From Thermoanaerobaculia bacterium (lineage in GTDB: Bacteria > Acidobacteriota > Thermoanaerobaculia > Multivoradales > JAGPDF01), in NCBI GenBank assembly GCA_019911865.1, contig JAIOJQ010000393.1, positions 1-55,359 of the forward strand: DNA of 55,359 nucleotides, written 5' to 3'. A program made the position numbers and the translations under genes. Below, in pieces: positions 20,451-29,242 of this stretch. Each line of letters begins with the position of its first letter. The first letter of the stretch is position 1. The notes below the pieces were generated by a model. It worked only from the letters and a program-made list of their open reading frames with translations. It ran no database searches and was not told the origin of the DNA.

Positions 20451-21148
20451 CCGCCCGCCTCCTTTCCGGCGGCAAGCCGCTCGGCCCGCGCCTCGACCGC
20501 GTCGATCGCCGCCGCGAGGCGCGGCGCCCACTCCTCGGGAGAGCCCCGGCGGGGCACGACGATCGGCTCTCCGTAAACGATGTCGACGCGGCTGAACGGC
20601 AACGGCACCGGCATCCGGTCCCAGGTCGAGAGTTCGCGCCGGCGCGTCGCCGCCATGGCGACCGGGATGATCGGCAATCCGGTCGCCGCTGCGGCGAGGA
20701 TCACCCCCGGCTGTACCACGCGCGCCGGGCCGCGCGGGCCGTCCGGCGTCACGCCGAGGTCCCAGCCGGAGCGCGCCCGGCGCACCAGATCGAGCAGGCC
20801 CGCGGCTCCTCCGCGCGTCGTCGAACCCCGGCTGGCGCGAATGCCGAGACGCGCCAGCACGCCCACCATGATCTCGCCATCGCGGCTGCGACTGGACAGG
20901 ACGTTCATGCGACGACCGCGGTAAGCGTAGCGCATCAGCAGCATGTGCCGGTGCCAGAAGGCGAGGATGAAGTTGTGCCCGTCGCGCTCGCGGGCGCGCA
21001 CTCCGGCGTCGTCGTGAAAGCGCAGCCGGAGAGTCGCGCGCAGCAGCCGGATGGTCCACGCCCCGAGAAGCGAGAGCAGCACGACGCGTGCTCCCCCGCC
21101 GTCTCCCGCGTCGCCACCGGTGTCCGGCTTCGTGGCGGCCACGCTCAC
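20447..21148 (-). CDS. DUF374-type lysophospholipid-acyltransferase-like protein (commonly linked to Kdo/lipid A genes)
   Basis: ILAFWHRHMLLM, SRSRDGE, TPDGPRGPARV. GTG at 21148 overlaps the msbA stop (GTGA). The track merges this gene into a 894-aa out-of-frame ORF. Confidence 0.7.
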   Translation of the reverse strand: MSVAATKPDTGGDAGDGGGARVVLLSLLGAWTIRLLRATLRLRFHDDAGVRARERDGHNFILAFWHRHMLLMRYAYRGRRMNVLSSRSRDGEIMVGVLARLGIRASRGSTTRGGAAGLLDLVRRARSGWDLGVTPDGPRGPARVVQPGVILAAAATGLPIIPVAMAATRRRELSTWDRMPVPLPFSRVDIVYGEPIVVPRRGSPEEWAPRLAAAIDAVEARAERLAAGKEAGG

Positions 21149-23031
21149 TCCTGGAACTGCAGATCGTGCAGTCGCCGATAGGTGCCGCCGACGGCGAGCA
21201 GCCGCTCGTGATCTCCCTGCTCGACGATCCGTCCCGCCTCGATGACGCAGATCCGGTCGGCCCGCTTGACCGTCGACAGCCGGTGGGCCACCACCAGGGT
21301 GGTGCGGCCGCGCATCAGGTTGGCGAGTGCCTGCTGAACCAGCGCCTCCGACTCCGTGTCGAGCTGCGACGTCGCCTCGTCGAGCACCAGGATGGGGGCG
21401 TTCTTGAGCATCGCCCGGGCGATGGCCAGGCGCTGGCGCTGGCCGCCGGAGAGTCGCACGCCCGCCTCGCCGATCTGGGTGTCGTAGCCGGCGGGAAGGT
21501 CGCGCACGAACTCCTCGACCAGCGCGGCGCGTGCCGCTTCCTCTACCGCCTCGAGCGACAGATCGGAGCGCCCGTAGGCGATGTTGTGGCGGATGGTGTC
21601 GTTGAACAGCACCGTCTCCTGGGTGACCAGGCCGACCAGCCCGCGCAGACTGGCGAGCCGCAGGTCCCGCACGTCGACGCCATCGATCAGGATCCGCCCC
21701 TCGGTGACGTCGAAGAAGCGCGGCAGCAGGTTGACCAGCGTCGTCTTGCCGCCGCCCGAGGGGCCGACGAAGGCCACCACCTCGCCGCGCCGGATCTCGA
21801 GGTCGATGCCGCGCAGGACCTCGCGATGCTCGTAGCGGAAGACCACCCCCTCGTAGCGGATCGAGTCGCGCAGCGACTCGACGGCGACGGCGTTCTCGCG
21901 ATCGCGGATCTCGACCGGCAGATCGATCAGGTGGCGGATGCGCTGCGCCGCGGCGAGCGACTGCTGCACCACGAGGTTCGCCTTGTTGAGCTTCCGGATC
22001 GGGTCGTACATCAGGTAGAGGTTGAACAGGAACTTGATCAGCGTCGCGGCGTCCATCGTGCCGGCGTGGATCTGTCGCCCGGCATACATGAGGAAGACGC
22101 CGGCGCCGATCACGCCGACCGTTTCGATGACCGGGCTGGAGAGGTTCGACAGCAGCTGGCCGCGCAGGTTGACCGCCAGGTGGCGCGCGGTCGCTTCTCG
22201 GAATCGTGCCGCTTCGAACTCCTCCATTCCGAAGGCCTTGACCACCCGCTGGCCGCGCGCCGACTCGGAGACCAGGTTGGCCAGGTCGGCGGTGCGTTCC
22301 TGGGCGCGATGGCTGGTGCGCCGCATGCCCTTGGAGAAGCGGACGATCGGGTACAGCACCGCGGGAGCCGCGACGAGGCTGACGAAGGCGAGTCCGAAGT
22401 CGATCGAGAAGAGCAGCAGGAGCAGACCGAGCAGTGTTACCGACTGCTGGAACAGGTCGACCAGCCGGGTCGAAATCGCCGTCTGGAGGACCCCGACGTC
22501 GTGGACGACGCGGCTGACCAGCTCGCCGGAGGGGTGCTCGGCGTGGAACCGGCTCGTCTGCTCGAGGGTCCGGCGATAGAGCTCGTTGCGCAGGTCGGTC
22601 GTCGCTCCCAGTCCGATGCGCTGAAAGGCATAGCCGTTGACGAAGTCGGCGAGGCTGCGCAGGACGAAGATGAAGACGAACAGGACCGGAACGAAGACCA
22701 CGACGTTGCCCGGGTGGATGCCGAAGGCACCCTTCATCCGTTCGTAGCCGTCGTTGAGCCAGCGGTCGAGGAAGACCCGCGCCCGCTGGCCCGCCTCCGT
22801 CGCTCCGTCGGCGTCCATCGCCGGTCCGGCGGGTTCGGCCGGTGCCACCAGGCCCGCCACCTCGCCGGGAAGTCCCTGGCCGTCGAAGCGCAGCACCTCG
22901 CCGAAGATCGCCTGGATGAGCTGGATCAGCAGCACCGTCGCCGCGGCGTAAACCAGCGTTGCGGTGAGCGCCAGCAGGGCCCAGCGCCAGTATCGGCGCA
23001 GGTAGTGGAAGAGGAAACCGACGAGCTTCAT
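21145..23031 (-). CDS. msbA: Lipid A/LPS-flippase-type ABC exporter (fused TMD-NBD, MsbA-like)
   Basis: Six predicted TM helices, then [36 protein letters not shown] prefer ATG at 23031 (MKLVGFLFHYLRRYW, ATGA overlap with the lpxB stop) over the track start at 23058. Confidence 0.85.
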   Translation of the reverse strand: MKLVGFLFHYLRRYWRWALLALTATLVYAAATVLLIQLIQAIFGEVLRFDGQGLPGEVAGLVAPAEPAGPAMDADGATEAGQRARVFLDRWLNDGYERMKGAFGIHPGNVVVFVPVLFVFIFVLRSLADFVNGYAFQRIGLGATTDLRNELYRRTLEQTSRFHAEHPSGELVSRVVHDVGVLQTAISTRLVDLFQQSVTLLGLLLLLFSIDFGLAFVSLVAAPAVLYPIVRFSKGMRRTSHRAQERTADLANLVSESARGQRVVKAFGMEEFEAARFREATARHLAVNLRGQLLSNLSSPVIETVGVIGAGVFLMYAGRQIHAGTMDAATLIKFLFNLYLMYDPIRKLNKANLVVQQSLAAAQRIRHLIDLPVEIRDRENAVAVESLRDSIRYEGVVFRYEHREVLRGIDLEIRRGEVVAFVGPSGGGKTTLVNLLPRFFDVTEGRILIDGVDVRDLRLASLRGLVGLVTQETVLFNDTIRHNIAYGRSDLSLEAVEEAARAALVEEFVRDLPAGYDTQIGEAGVRLSGGQRQRLAIARAMLKNAPILVLDEATSQLDTESEALVQQALANLMRGRTTLVVAHRLSTVKRADRICVIEAGRIVEQGDHERLLAVGGTYRRLHDLQFQE

Positions 23032-24176
23032 GCCGCCCTCCCCCGCCCTTCGATCCATGCCGCCAGCCGCGCGGCGGCGCGTTCGCTGGCTCCGGAGTCG
23101 CCCAGCCGGCTGCGCAGCTCGGCGAGGTCACCGCGCATCCGTTCGATGTCGCGTCGCGAACCTAGCAGCGACAGCGCCTCGGCGGCGATGCGGGAGGGCG
23201 AGGCGTCGTGCTGCAGCAGCTCCGGAACCGCGCGGCGATCGAGAACCAGATTGACCAAGCTGACGTGCGGCACCCGGACCAGTCGCCGGGCGATCGTCCA
23301 GGTGGGTCCGGCGAGGCGATAGCAGACCAGCATCGGCGTGCGTACCAGCCCCGTCTCGAGCGTAGCCGTCCCCGAGGCGCACAGTGCGAGGTGCGAATCG
23401 GCCACTGCCGCCAGGCGATCCTCGGTGGCGATTTCTACCGGCACTCCGCTTGCCGCGATCACCGGCTCGACCAGCGAGCGCGGGATGGAAGGCGCAAGGA
23501 TCAACCTTGCCTGCACCGGAATACGGGTGGAAAGCCAAGCCGAGGCGGCGAGCAAAGTTGGCAGCAGGGCGCGGATCTCGCTGCGCCGCGACCCCGGCAG
23601 CAGCGCGATGCGGTAGCGCTCGGGTTGCGTGCCGCGGGGTACCGAGTCCCACGCCTGGGGCAAAAGGGGAACTTCGTCGACCAGCGGGTGCCCGACGTGG
23701 GTGACCGCCACCCCGTGCCGCCGGTAGAACGGGACTTCGAACGGAAAGAGCACCAGCATCTCGGCAACGCAGTCCGCGATCGTGCGTATCCGCCCCTGGC
23801 GCCAGGCCCAGACCTGCGGACTGACGTAGTAGATGACCGGAATGCCGCGCCAGGCGAGCTTGCGAGCCAGGCGGAGATTGAAGTCCGGGGCGTCGACGAG
23901 CAGCGCCGCCGCCGGTCGCCGCCGGTCGGTTTCGGCCAGCAGCTGGCCGAAGATCGCCGCGGCGCGGGGCAGCACCCTCAGCGCTTCGGCGATGCCGACC
24001 ACGGCGATCTCGTGACTGTCGGCGATCGTCTCGACGCCGACGGCGCGGCACGCTTGCGAAGCCAGTCCGAACGGAGCGATATCCGGAATCCGGCGCCGCA
24101 GGGCGGCGATGAGTTGCGCGGCCCGCTGATCGCCCGAGGCCTCGCCGGCGACGACCAGCAGACCCGGTCCGCTCAC
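23028..24176 (-). CDS. lpxB: Lipid-A-disaccharide synthase
   Basis: GTG start. LLVVAGEASGDQRAAQLIAAL, VIYYVSPQVWAWRQGR. 382 aa. Confidence 0.85.
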   Translation of the reverse strand: MSGPGLLVVAGEASGDQRAAQLIAALRRRIPDIAPFGLASQACRAVGVETIADSHEIAVVGIAEALRVLPRAAAIFGQLLAETDRRRPAAALLVDAPDFNLRLARKLAWRGIPVIYYVSPQVWAWRQGRIRTIADCVAEMLVLFPFEVPFYRRHGVAVTHVGHPLVDEVPLLPQAWDSVPRGTQPERYRIALLPGSRRSEIRALLPTLLAASAWLSTRIPVQARLILAPSIPRSLVEPVIAASGVPVEIATEDRLAAVADSHLALCASGTATLETGLVRTPMLVCYRLAGPTWTIARRLVRVPHVSLVNLVLDRRAVPELLQHDASPSRIAAEALSLLGSRRDIERMRGDLAELRSRLGDSGASERAAARLAAWIEGRGRAA

Positions 24177-24364
24177 GGCAAGGGCGCGGGGGGACCCGAT
24201 GGAAAGAGGTACATCAGCCAGCCGAGCAATATGCTGCCGCCGATCAGGCTGACGAAGACCTGCAGGAAGAGGCGAAGCTGCTCCCGCCGCTCGCGCCGCC
24301 AGAGGGTGGCAAGAAAGGCGCCGAGCAGCAGGGCGTAGAGGAGCATGAGGCCGAAGTGACTCAC
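24173..24364 (-). CDS. Small two-TM membrane protein (63 aa), unknown function
   Basis: VSHFGLMLLYALLLGAFLATLW...LQVFVSLIGGSILLGWLMYLF. The stop overlaps the lpxB start (GTGA). I recognise no homology. Confidence 0.4.
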   Translation of the reverse strand: MSHFGLMLLYALLLGAFLATLWRRERREQLRLFLQVFVSLIGGSILLGWLMYLFPSGPPAPLP

Positions 24365-24368
24365 CGGT

Positions 24369-24767
24369 TCAGTCCTTGCGGCCGCGGGCGATGTCCAACA
24401 CGTCGAGGACGAGAAGCAGGTTCATCAGGCCGGCCGAGAGGAGAAATACCGTTCCGTACTCGTAGCCGGGGGCCTCCGGCACCCCGACGTAGCCCATCCC
24501 CCACCGCAGCACGAAGTAGGGCGCGCCGATTCCCATGGAGCCGAGGGTGAAGAGCACGGTAAGGGGTTGCCCCGGCAGAATGCGGTGCAGGTTGCCCTCG
24601 AGAGAGACACCGACGAGGACCGCGGTCAGCAGCACCGCCGCGAAAACGAGCGCCCTGCCGCGACGTCTCAGGAGGAGGTGGCCGGAAACCGGCACCAGCC
24701 AGGCGAGGGCGCACAGCCCCACCGCCCGCCAGGGGACCCCGGCCTCCGGCTCGCGATCCCCGCTCAC
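24369..24767 (-). CDS. Integral membrane protein (132 aa, about 4 TM), unknown function
   Basis: Hydrophobic segments AVGLCALAWLVPVSGHLLL, ALVFAAVLLTAVLVGVSL, LTVLFTLGSMGIGAPYFVL, TVFLLSAGLMNLLLVLDVL. The GTG start overlaps the ihf stop (GTGA). Confidence 0.5.
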   Translation of the reverse strand: MSGDREPEAGVPWRAVGLCALAWLVPVSGHLLLRRRGRALVFAAVLLTAVLVGVSLEGNLHRILPGQPLTVLFTLGSMGIGAPYFVLRWGMGYVGVPEAPGYEYGTVFLLSAGLMNLLLVLDVLDIARGRKD

Positions 24768-25093
24768 GGCACCTGCCGGTTGAGCTGCTCCTTGAGCTCC
24801 TTGCCGGGCTTGAAGTAGGGGATCCGCTTGGGCGGAACCTCCACCTTCTCGCCGGTCTTCGGATTGCGCCCGAGTCGGGCTCCGCGGTCGCGGATGCGGA
24901 AGCTTCCGAATCCGCGGAGCTCGATTTTGCGTCCGCTGCGCAGCGACTCGACGATGGTCGCGAAGACCGTGTTGACGATCTCCTCGGCCTGCTTCTTGGT
25001 CAATTGGGTGACGCGAGCCACCTCTTCGACCAGTTCGGCCTTGGTCAACCCGTCGACGCTCTCGCCGACCACGTTCGCCATCGCTTCGGACAC
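24764..25093 (-). CDS. IHF/HU-family DNA-bending protein (IHF-beta-like, next to rpsA as in E. coli)
   Basis: LTKAELVEEVA..., IELRGFGSFRIRDRGARLGRNPKTGEKVEVPPKRIPYFKPGKELK. The start is either GTG at 25093 or ATG at 25081. Confidence 0.85.
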   Translation of the reverse strand: MSEAMANVVGESVDGLTKAELVEEVARVTQLTKKQAEEIVNTVFATIVESLRSGRKIELRGFGSFRIRDRGARLGRNPKTGEKVEVPPKRIPYFKPGKELKEQLNRQVP

Positions 25094-25103
25094 CGGTCGC
25101 CTC

Positions 25104-26855
25104 TTACTCGGCGGATTCGGACGTCTCGGCGCTCTCGACGCCTTCTTCCGCTTCGGTTTCGGCCGCTGCCTCGGCGGGCTGCTCGGCCTGCTTGGCGGCC
25201 GCCTCCAGCTCGGCGATCTCCTCGGCCGAGGGCTGAGTCACGCCGCGCAGCGTCAGGCCGACCTTCTTGTCCTCCTCCTCGATGCGGAGAATGCGCGCGC
25301 GCACCCACTCGCCAGCCGAGAAGTGGTCCGAGAGCTTGCCGCCGCCGAAGTCGATCTCGGAGACGTGGGCGAGGCCCTCGAGACCGTCGTAGATGTCGAT
25401 GAAGAGGCCGAAGTCGGTCACGTTGACCACCCGGCCGGTGACGATGTCGCCGACCCGGTTGTTCTCGACGAAGTCCTGCCACTCGTTGGGCATGAACTCC
25501 TTGATCGACAGCGACACCCGCTGGTTCTCGACGTCGATGTTGGTGATCCGCGCCCGCACCGTGTCCCCCTTCTTGAGGACTTCGCTGGGGTGCTTGATCC
25601 GCTTCGTCCAGCTCATGTCGGAGACGTGGATCAGGCCGTCGATCTCCTCGGTGATCTCGACGAAGGCGCCGAACTCGGTGAGGTTGCGCACCTTGCCCTC
25701 GATGATCGAGCCCATCGGGAAGTGATGCGACAGGTCCTCCCACGGATTGCGCTCGGTCTGGCGGAGCGAGAGGCTGATGCGGCGCTGCCCGAGGTCGAGC
25801 TCGGTGACGATCGCGTCGAGCTCCTGGCCGATAGTGAGGAGTTTGGACGGATTGACGACCTTCTTCGTCCACGACATCTCGGAGACGTGAACGAGACCCT
25901 CGACGCCGGGCTCGAGCTCGACGAAGGCGCCGTAGTCGACCAGGCTGACCACCTTGCCGTGCACGCGGGCGCCGATCGGGAAGCGCTTGTCGACGAGGAT
26001 CCAGGGGTCCTCGGTGCGCTGCTTGAAGCCCAGGGAGACGCGCTCGGTCTCGCGGTCGAACTTGAGCACCAGGACGTCCACCTCGTCACCGATCGAGAAG
26101 TGCTCCGAGGGATGGTTGACGCGACCCCAGGAGATGTCGGTGATGTGCAGCAGGCCGTCGATGCCACCGAGGTCGATGAAGACGCCGTAGTCGGTGATGT
26201 TCTTGACCACGCCACGCATCGGCGCGCCTTCCTGCAGCTTTTCGAGCGTCTCGCCCTTCTTCTGCTCGTACTCCTTCTCGAGCACCGCCTTGCGCGACAG
26301 GACGATGTTGTTGCGGCGGCGATCGAGGCTGATCACCTTGAACTCGAGCTCGCGCCCCTTGAGCGCCTCGAGGTTCTTGACCGGCTTGATGTCGGCCAGC
26401 GAGCCGGGCAGGAAGGCCCGCACGCCGACGTCGACGGTAAGCCCGCCCTTGATGCGGTCGATGACGCGGCCTTTGATCACGCGGCCCTCGCGGAAGCTCT
26501 GCTCGACGTCGGTCCAGACACGCATCTTCGCGGCCTTGGTGTACGAGAGCAGCACGTGCCCCTCGACATCCTCGGTCCGTTCCAGCAGCACTTCGACCTC
26601 GTCCCCGACCTGAACCGGGATCTTGCCCTCCGCGTCGAGGAACTCCTCGGTGGGGATCAATCCCTCCGACTTGTACCCGACGTCGACCACGACCGAGTTC
26701 GATCTGATCGCGACCACCTTGCCGCGCACGATCTCGCCCTCGGCGAGATTGCGCAGGCTGCTGTCGTAGAGCGCGAGAAACTGCTCGTACGCCTGCTGAT
26801 CCTCGGCGCTGACCTCCTGATCGAAGTTCACGCGCTCCTTGTCCGTCGAAACCAT
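25104..26855 (-). CDS. rpsA: 30S ribosomal protein S1
   Basis: Six S1 (OB) repeats (GEIVRGKVVAI..., GRVIKGRVIDRIKGG..., VVKNITDYGVFIDL..., VHGKVVSLVDYGAFVEL..., IEGKVRNLTEFGAFVEI..., VTGRVVNVTDFGLFIDI). ATG at 26855 is preceded by AAGGAGG. The track start at 26864 is a GTG 3 codons upstream. Confidence 0.95.
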   Translation of the reverse strand: MVSTDKERVNFDQEVSAEDQQAYEQFLALYDSSLRNLAEGEIVRGKVVAIRSNSVVVDVGYKSEGLIPTEEFLDAEGKIPVQVGDEVEVLLERTEDVEGHVLLSYTKAAKMRVWTDVEQSFREGRVIKGRVIDRIKGGLTVDVGVRAFLPGSLADIKPVKNLEALKGRELEFKVISLDRRRNNIVLSRKAVLEKEYEQKKGETLEKLQEGAPMRGVVKNITDYGVFIDLGGIDGLLHITDISWGRVNHPSEHFSIGDEVDVLVLKFDRETERVSLGFKQRTEDPWILVDKRFPIGARVHGKVVSLVDYGAFVELEPGVEGLVHVSEMSWTKKVVNPSKLLTIGQELDAIVTELDLGQRRISLSLRQTERNPWEDLSHHFPMGSIIEGKVRNLTEFGAFVEITEEIDGLIHVSDMSWTKRIKHPSEVLKKGDTVRARITNIDVENQRVSLSIKEFMPNEWQDFVENNRVGDIVTGRVVNVTDFGLFIDIYDGLEGLAHVSEIDFGGGKLSDHFSAGEWVRARILRIEEEDKKVGLTLRGVTQPSAEEIAELEAAAKQAEQPAEAAAETEAEEGVESAETSESAE

Positions 26856-26957
26856 AAGCCGCACTGCCTCCTTGGCTTTAGAGATTCAGGCCGTGGCCTG
26901 TCGTTCCCGGGCGGGATTTCCGAGACCTCTCGATGGAGTCGGACTCGAAGGTCAGGA

Positions 26958-26987
26958 AGTATAGGTGGCGACAGGACTTGGAGTCAA
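26958..26987 (-). promoter_or_regulatory. Candidate sigma70-type promoter of rpsA (TTGACT - 18 nt - TATACT), giving a ~96-nt leader
   Basis: Minus strand reads gtTTGACTccaagtcctgtcgccaccTATACTtcc, in the only clearly AT-richer stretch of this region. The -35 overlaps the queG stop codon. Confidence 0.5.
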
Positions 26988-28030
26988 ACCCCGGATTCCC
27001 GCCGGGCGGCGGCGCGGCGCGCGGCGTCCCGGACCACCGGCGAAGGGTCGGACTCGGCGGCGCGCCCGAGGGCCTCCCGGGAGCGCGGGTCCCGCTCCCC
27101 CGCCAGGGCGTGCGCGGCGTTGCGGCGCAGTCCCTCGTGCCGGGCGCGCTTCATGGCGCTGCCGCGGAAGCGCTCCCGGTACTCCTCTTCCGTCTGGGTG
27201 AGCAGGTCGACCAGATCCAGCCGCCGCCGGTGCTCGGGAACCGAGAGTTCCGGGTGGTCGGCGGCTCCCGGCCGGCCGTTCCACGGGCAGACCTCCTGGC
27301 AGCGGTCGCAGCCGAAGACCCAGCTGGTGAGCGCCGTGGCCATCTCGTCGGGCACCGGGCCGCGGTGCTCGATGGTCCAGTAGGAAATGCACCGGCTGGC
27401 GTCCAGCCGCCAGGGCTCCGGCAGGGCGTCGGTCGGGCAGGCGTCGAGGCACCTGCAGCAGTCGCCGCACAGATCGGCGATCGGCGCGTCGGCCGGCAGG
27501 TCGAGGGTGAGCAGGAGTTCTCCGAGCAACAGCCAGGATCCCGCCTCGGGGTGCAGCAGGTTGGTGTTCTTGCCGATCGCGCCGAGGCCCGCCCGTACCG
27601 CCAGCTCGCGTTCGAGCAGCGGTGCCGTGTCGACGCAGACACGGCTGCGGGTACCCGGCCAGGTGAGCGCGACGAAGTCCGCCACCTCGCGCAGACGGCT
27701 CCGCATCAGGTCGTGGTAGTCGACGCCGCGGGCGTAGCGGGCGACACGCGGCCAGAGCGGCCCGTCCGGCGGCTCACCTGCACCGCCGAGCGGCGCGTAG
27801 CGCAGCGCCACGACCAGGGCGCTGCGCGCGCCGGGCAACAGCGAACGGGGATCGGCGCGCAAGTCGGCATGGCGCTCGATCCACTCCATCGGTCCGTGGT
27901 CGCCGCGCGCGAGCCAGCGCAGGTACGCCGGGTGGGTGGCCGCCGGCTGAAGCCGCGCGACTCCGGCGAGGTCGAAACCCGCCGCGCGGGCCCGAGCCTT
28001 GACCCGTTCGGCGGCAGCGCTGGCGTCCAT
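26984..28030 (-). CDS. queG: tRNA epoxyqueuosine(34) reductase
   Basis: ATG at 28030 gives MDASAAAERVKARARAAGFDLAGVARL... Ferredoxin-type cluster motif CGDCCRCLDACPTDAL, CDRCQEVCPWN, and a C-terminal HEAT-like segment. Confidence 0.85.
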   Translation of the reverse strand: MDASAAAERVKARARAAGFDLAGVARLQPAATHPAYLRWLARGDHGPMEWIERHADLRADPRSLLPGARSALVVALRYAPLGGAGEPPDGPLWPRVARYARGVDYHDLMRSRLREVADFVALTWPGTRSRVCVDTAPLLERELAVRAGLGAIGKNTNLLHPEAGSWLLLGELLLTLDLPADAPIADLCGDCCRCLDACPTDALPEPWRLDASRCISYWTIEHRGPVPDEMATALTSWVFGCDRCQEVCPWNGRPGAADHPELSVPEHRRRLDLVDLLTQTEEEYRERFRGSAMKRARHEGLRRNAAHALAGERDPRSREALGRAAESDPSPVVRDAARRAAARRESGV

Positions 28031-28037
28031 CCGGAGG

Positions 28038-28043
28038 ATCTTA
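28038..28043 (-). promoter_or_regulatory. Possible -10 box (TAAGAT) 7 nt upstream of the queG ATG
   Basis: Minus strand reads ccgcgTAAGATcctccggATG. No convincing -35 is present. Pattern only. Confidence 0.3.
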
Positions 28044-28107
28044 CGCGGTAGACTCCGGGCGCTGCGTCCGGCAAGCCCAGCCGGCCGAGCGCGCGAGGGA
28101 GACACGC

Positions 28108-29211
28108 ATGGACATCTTCGATTCGGTCGTCGCCCACGGGCACGAGCGCGTTCTCGTCTGCTCGAACCCTGACGCCGGCCTCAAGGCGATCATCGCCATC
28201 CATTCCACCGTCCTCGGTCCCGGCCTCGGGGGCGTCCGCATGTGGCCGTACGCTTCGACCGACGAAGCGCTGACCGACGCCCTGCGGCTGTCGCGCGGCA
28301 TGACTTACAAGGCCGCCGCAGCGGGCCTTCACCTGGGTGGCGCCAAGGCGGTCATTCTGGGGGACTCGAAGACCCAGAAGAGCGAAACGCTCATGCGTTC
28401 GTTCGGCCGTTTCGTCGAGTCGCTGGGCGGTCACTACATCACCGCCGAAGACGTCGGCACCGACACCGCGGACATGGAGACGATCGGCGCCGAGACGAGC
28501 TGGGTCACCGGCCTGCCGGTCGACCGCGGCGGCTCCGGCGACCCGTCGCCGGTCACCGCCCGCGGCGTGCATCAGGGGATGAAGGCCGCGGCCGAGAAGG
28601 TCTGGGGGAGCGCCTCGCTGACGGGCCGTTCGGTGGCCGTCCAGGGTCTCGGCAGCGTCGGTGGGTACCTCGCCGGCTACCTGGCCGCCGAAGGGGCGAA
28701 AGTGCTCGGCTGCGACATCGACTCCGAAGCCTGCACCGATGCGCGCGAGCGCAGCGGCGTCGAGATCGTGCCGCCGGAGCAGATCTACGACGTCGACTGC
28801 GACGTGTTCGCCCCCTGCGCCCTGGGCGCCAGCCTCAACGAGACGACCATTCCGCGCCTGAAGGCGAAGGTTGTCGCCGGCGCCGCCAACAATCAGCTGG
28901 CGGTCGAGGACCGTGACGGCAACGAGTTGCACCGGCGCGGCATCCTCTACGCCCCCGACTTCGTGATCAACGCCGGCGGCCTGATCAACGTCTACAACGA
29001 GTACATCGGTTACGACCGCGAGCGGGCCCTGCGCATGGCCGACGGCATCTTCGCCACGACCGGGCGAATCTTCGCCATCGCCGAACGGGACGGCATCCCC
29101 TCGTATCTCGCCGGTGACCGGCACGCCGAGGAGCGAATCGCCGCCGTGCGTCGCCTCGGTCCGCGGCACTGGGAGCTGTCGGCGCGCACTCGCGTCCCGC
29201 TGCGCCCCTGA
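28108..29211 (+). CDS. Leu/Phe/Val (amino-acid) dehydrogenase, Glu/Leu/Phe/Val dehydrogenase family
   Basis: 367 aa, ATG with a GAGGGAG Shine-Dalgarno. LGPGLGGVRMWPY, MTYKAAAAGLHLGGAKAVI (catalytic Lys region), Rossmann VAVQGLGSVGGYLA. Substrate cannot be assigned from sequence alone. Confidence 0.85.
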   Translation: MDIFDSVVAHGHERVLVCSNPDAGLKAIIAIHSTVLGPGLGGVRMWPYASTDEALTDALRLSRGMTYKAAAAGLHLGGAKAVILGDSKTQKSETLMRSFGRFVESLGGHYITAEDVGTDTADMETIGAETSWVTGLPVDRGGSGDPSPVTARGVHQGMKAAAEKVWGSASLTGRSVAVQGLGSVGGYLAGYLAAEGAKVLGCDIDSEACTDARERSGVEIVPPEQIYDVDCDVFAPCALGASLNETTIPRLKAKVVAGAANNQLAVEDRDGNELHRRGILYAPDFVINAGGLINVYNEYIGYDRERALRMADGIFATTGRIFAIAERDGIPSYLAGDRHAEERIAAVRRLGPRHWELSARTRVPLRP

Positions 29212-29242
29212 TCCGCCGCGCGACGGCCGCCCGCTGGCGCAG

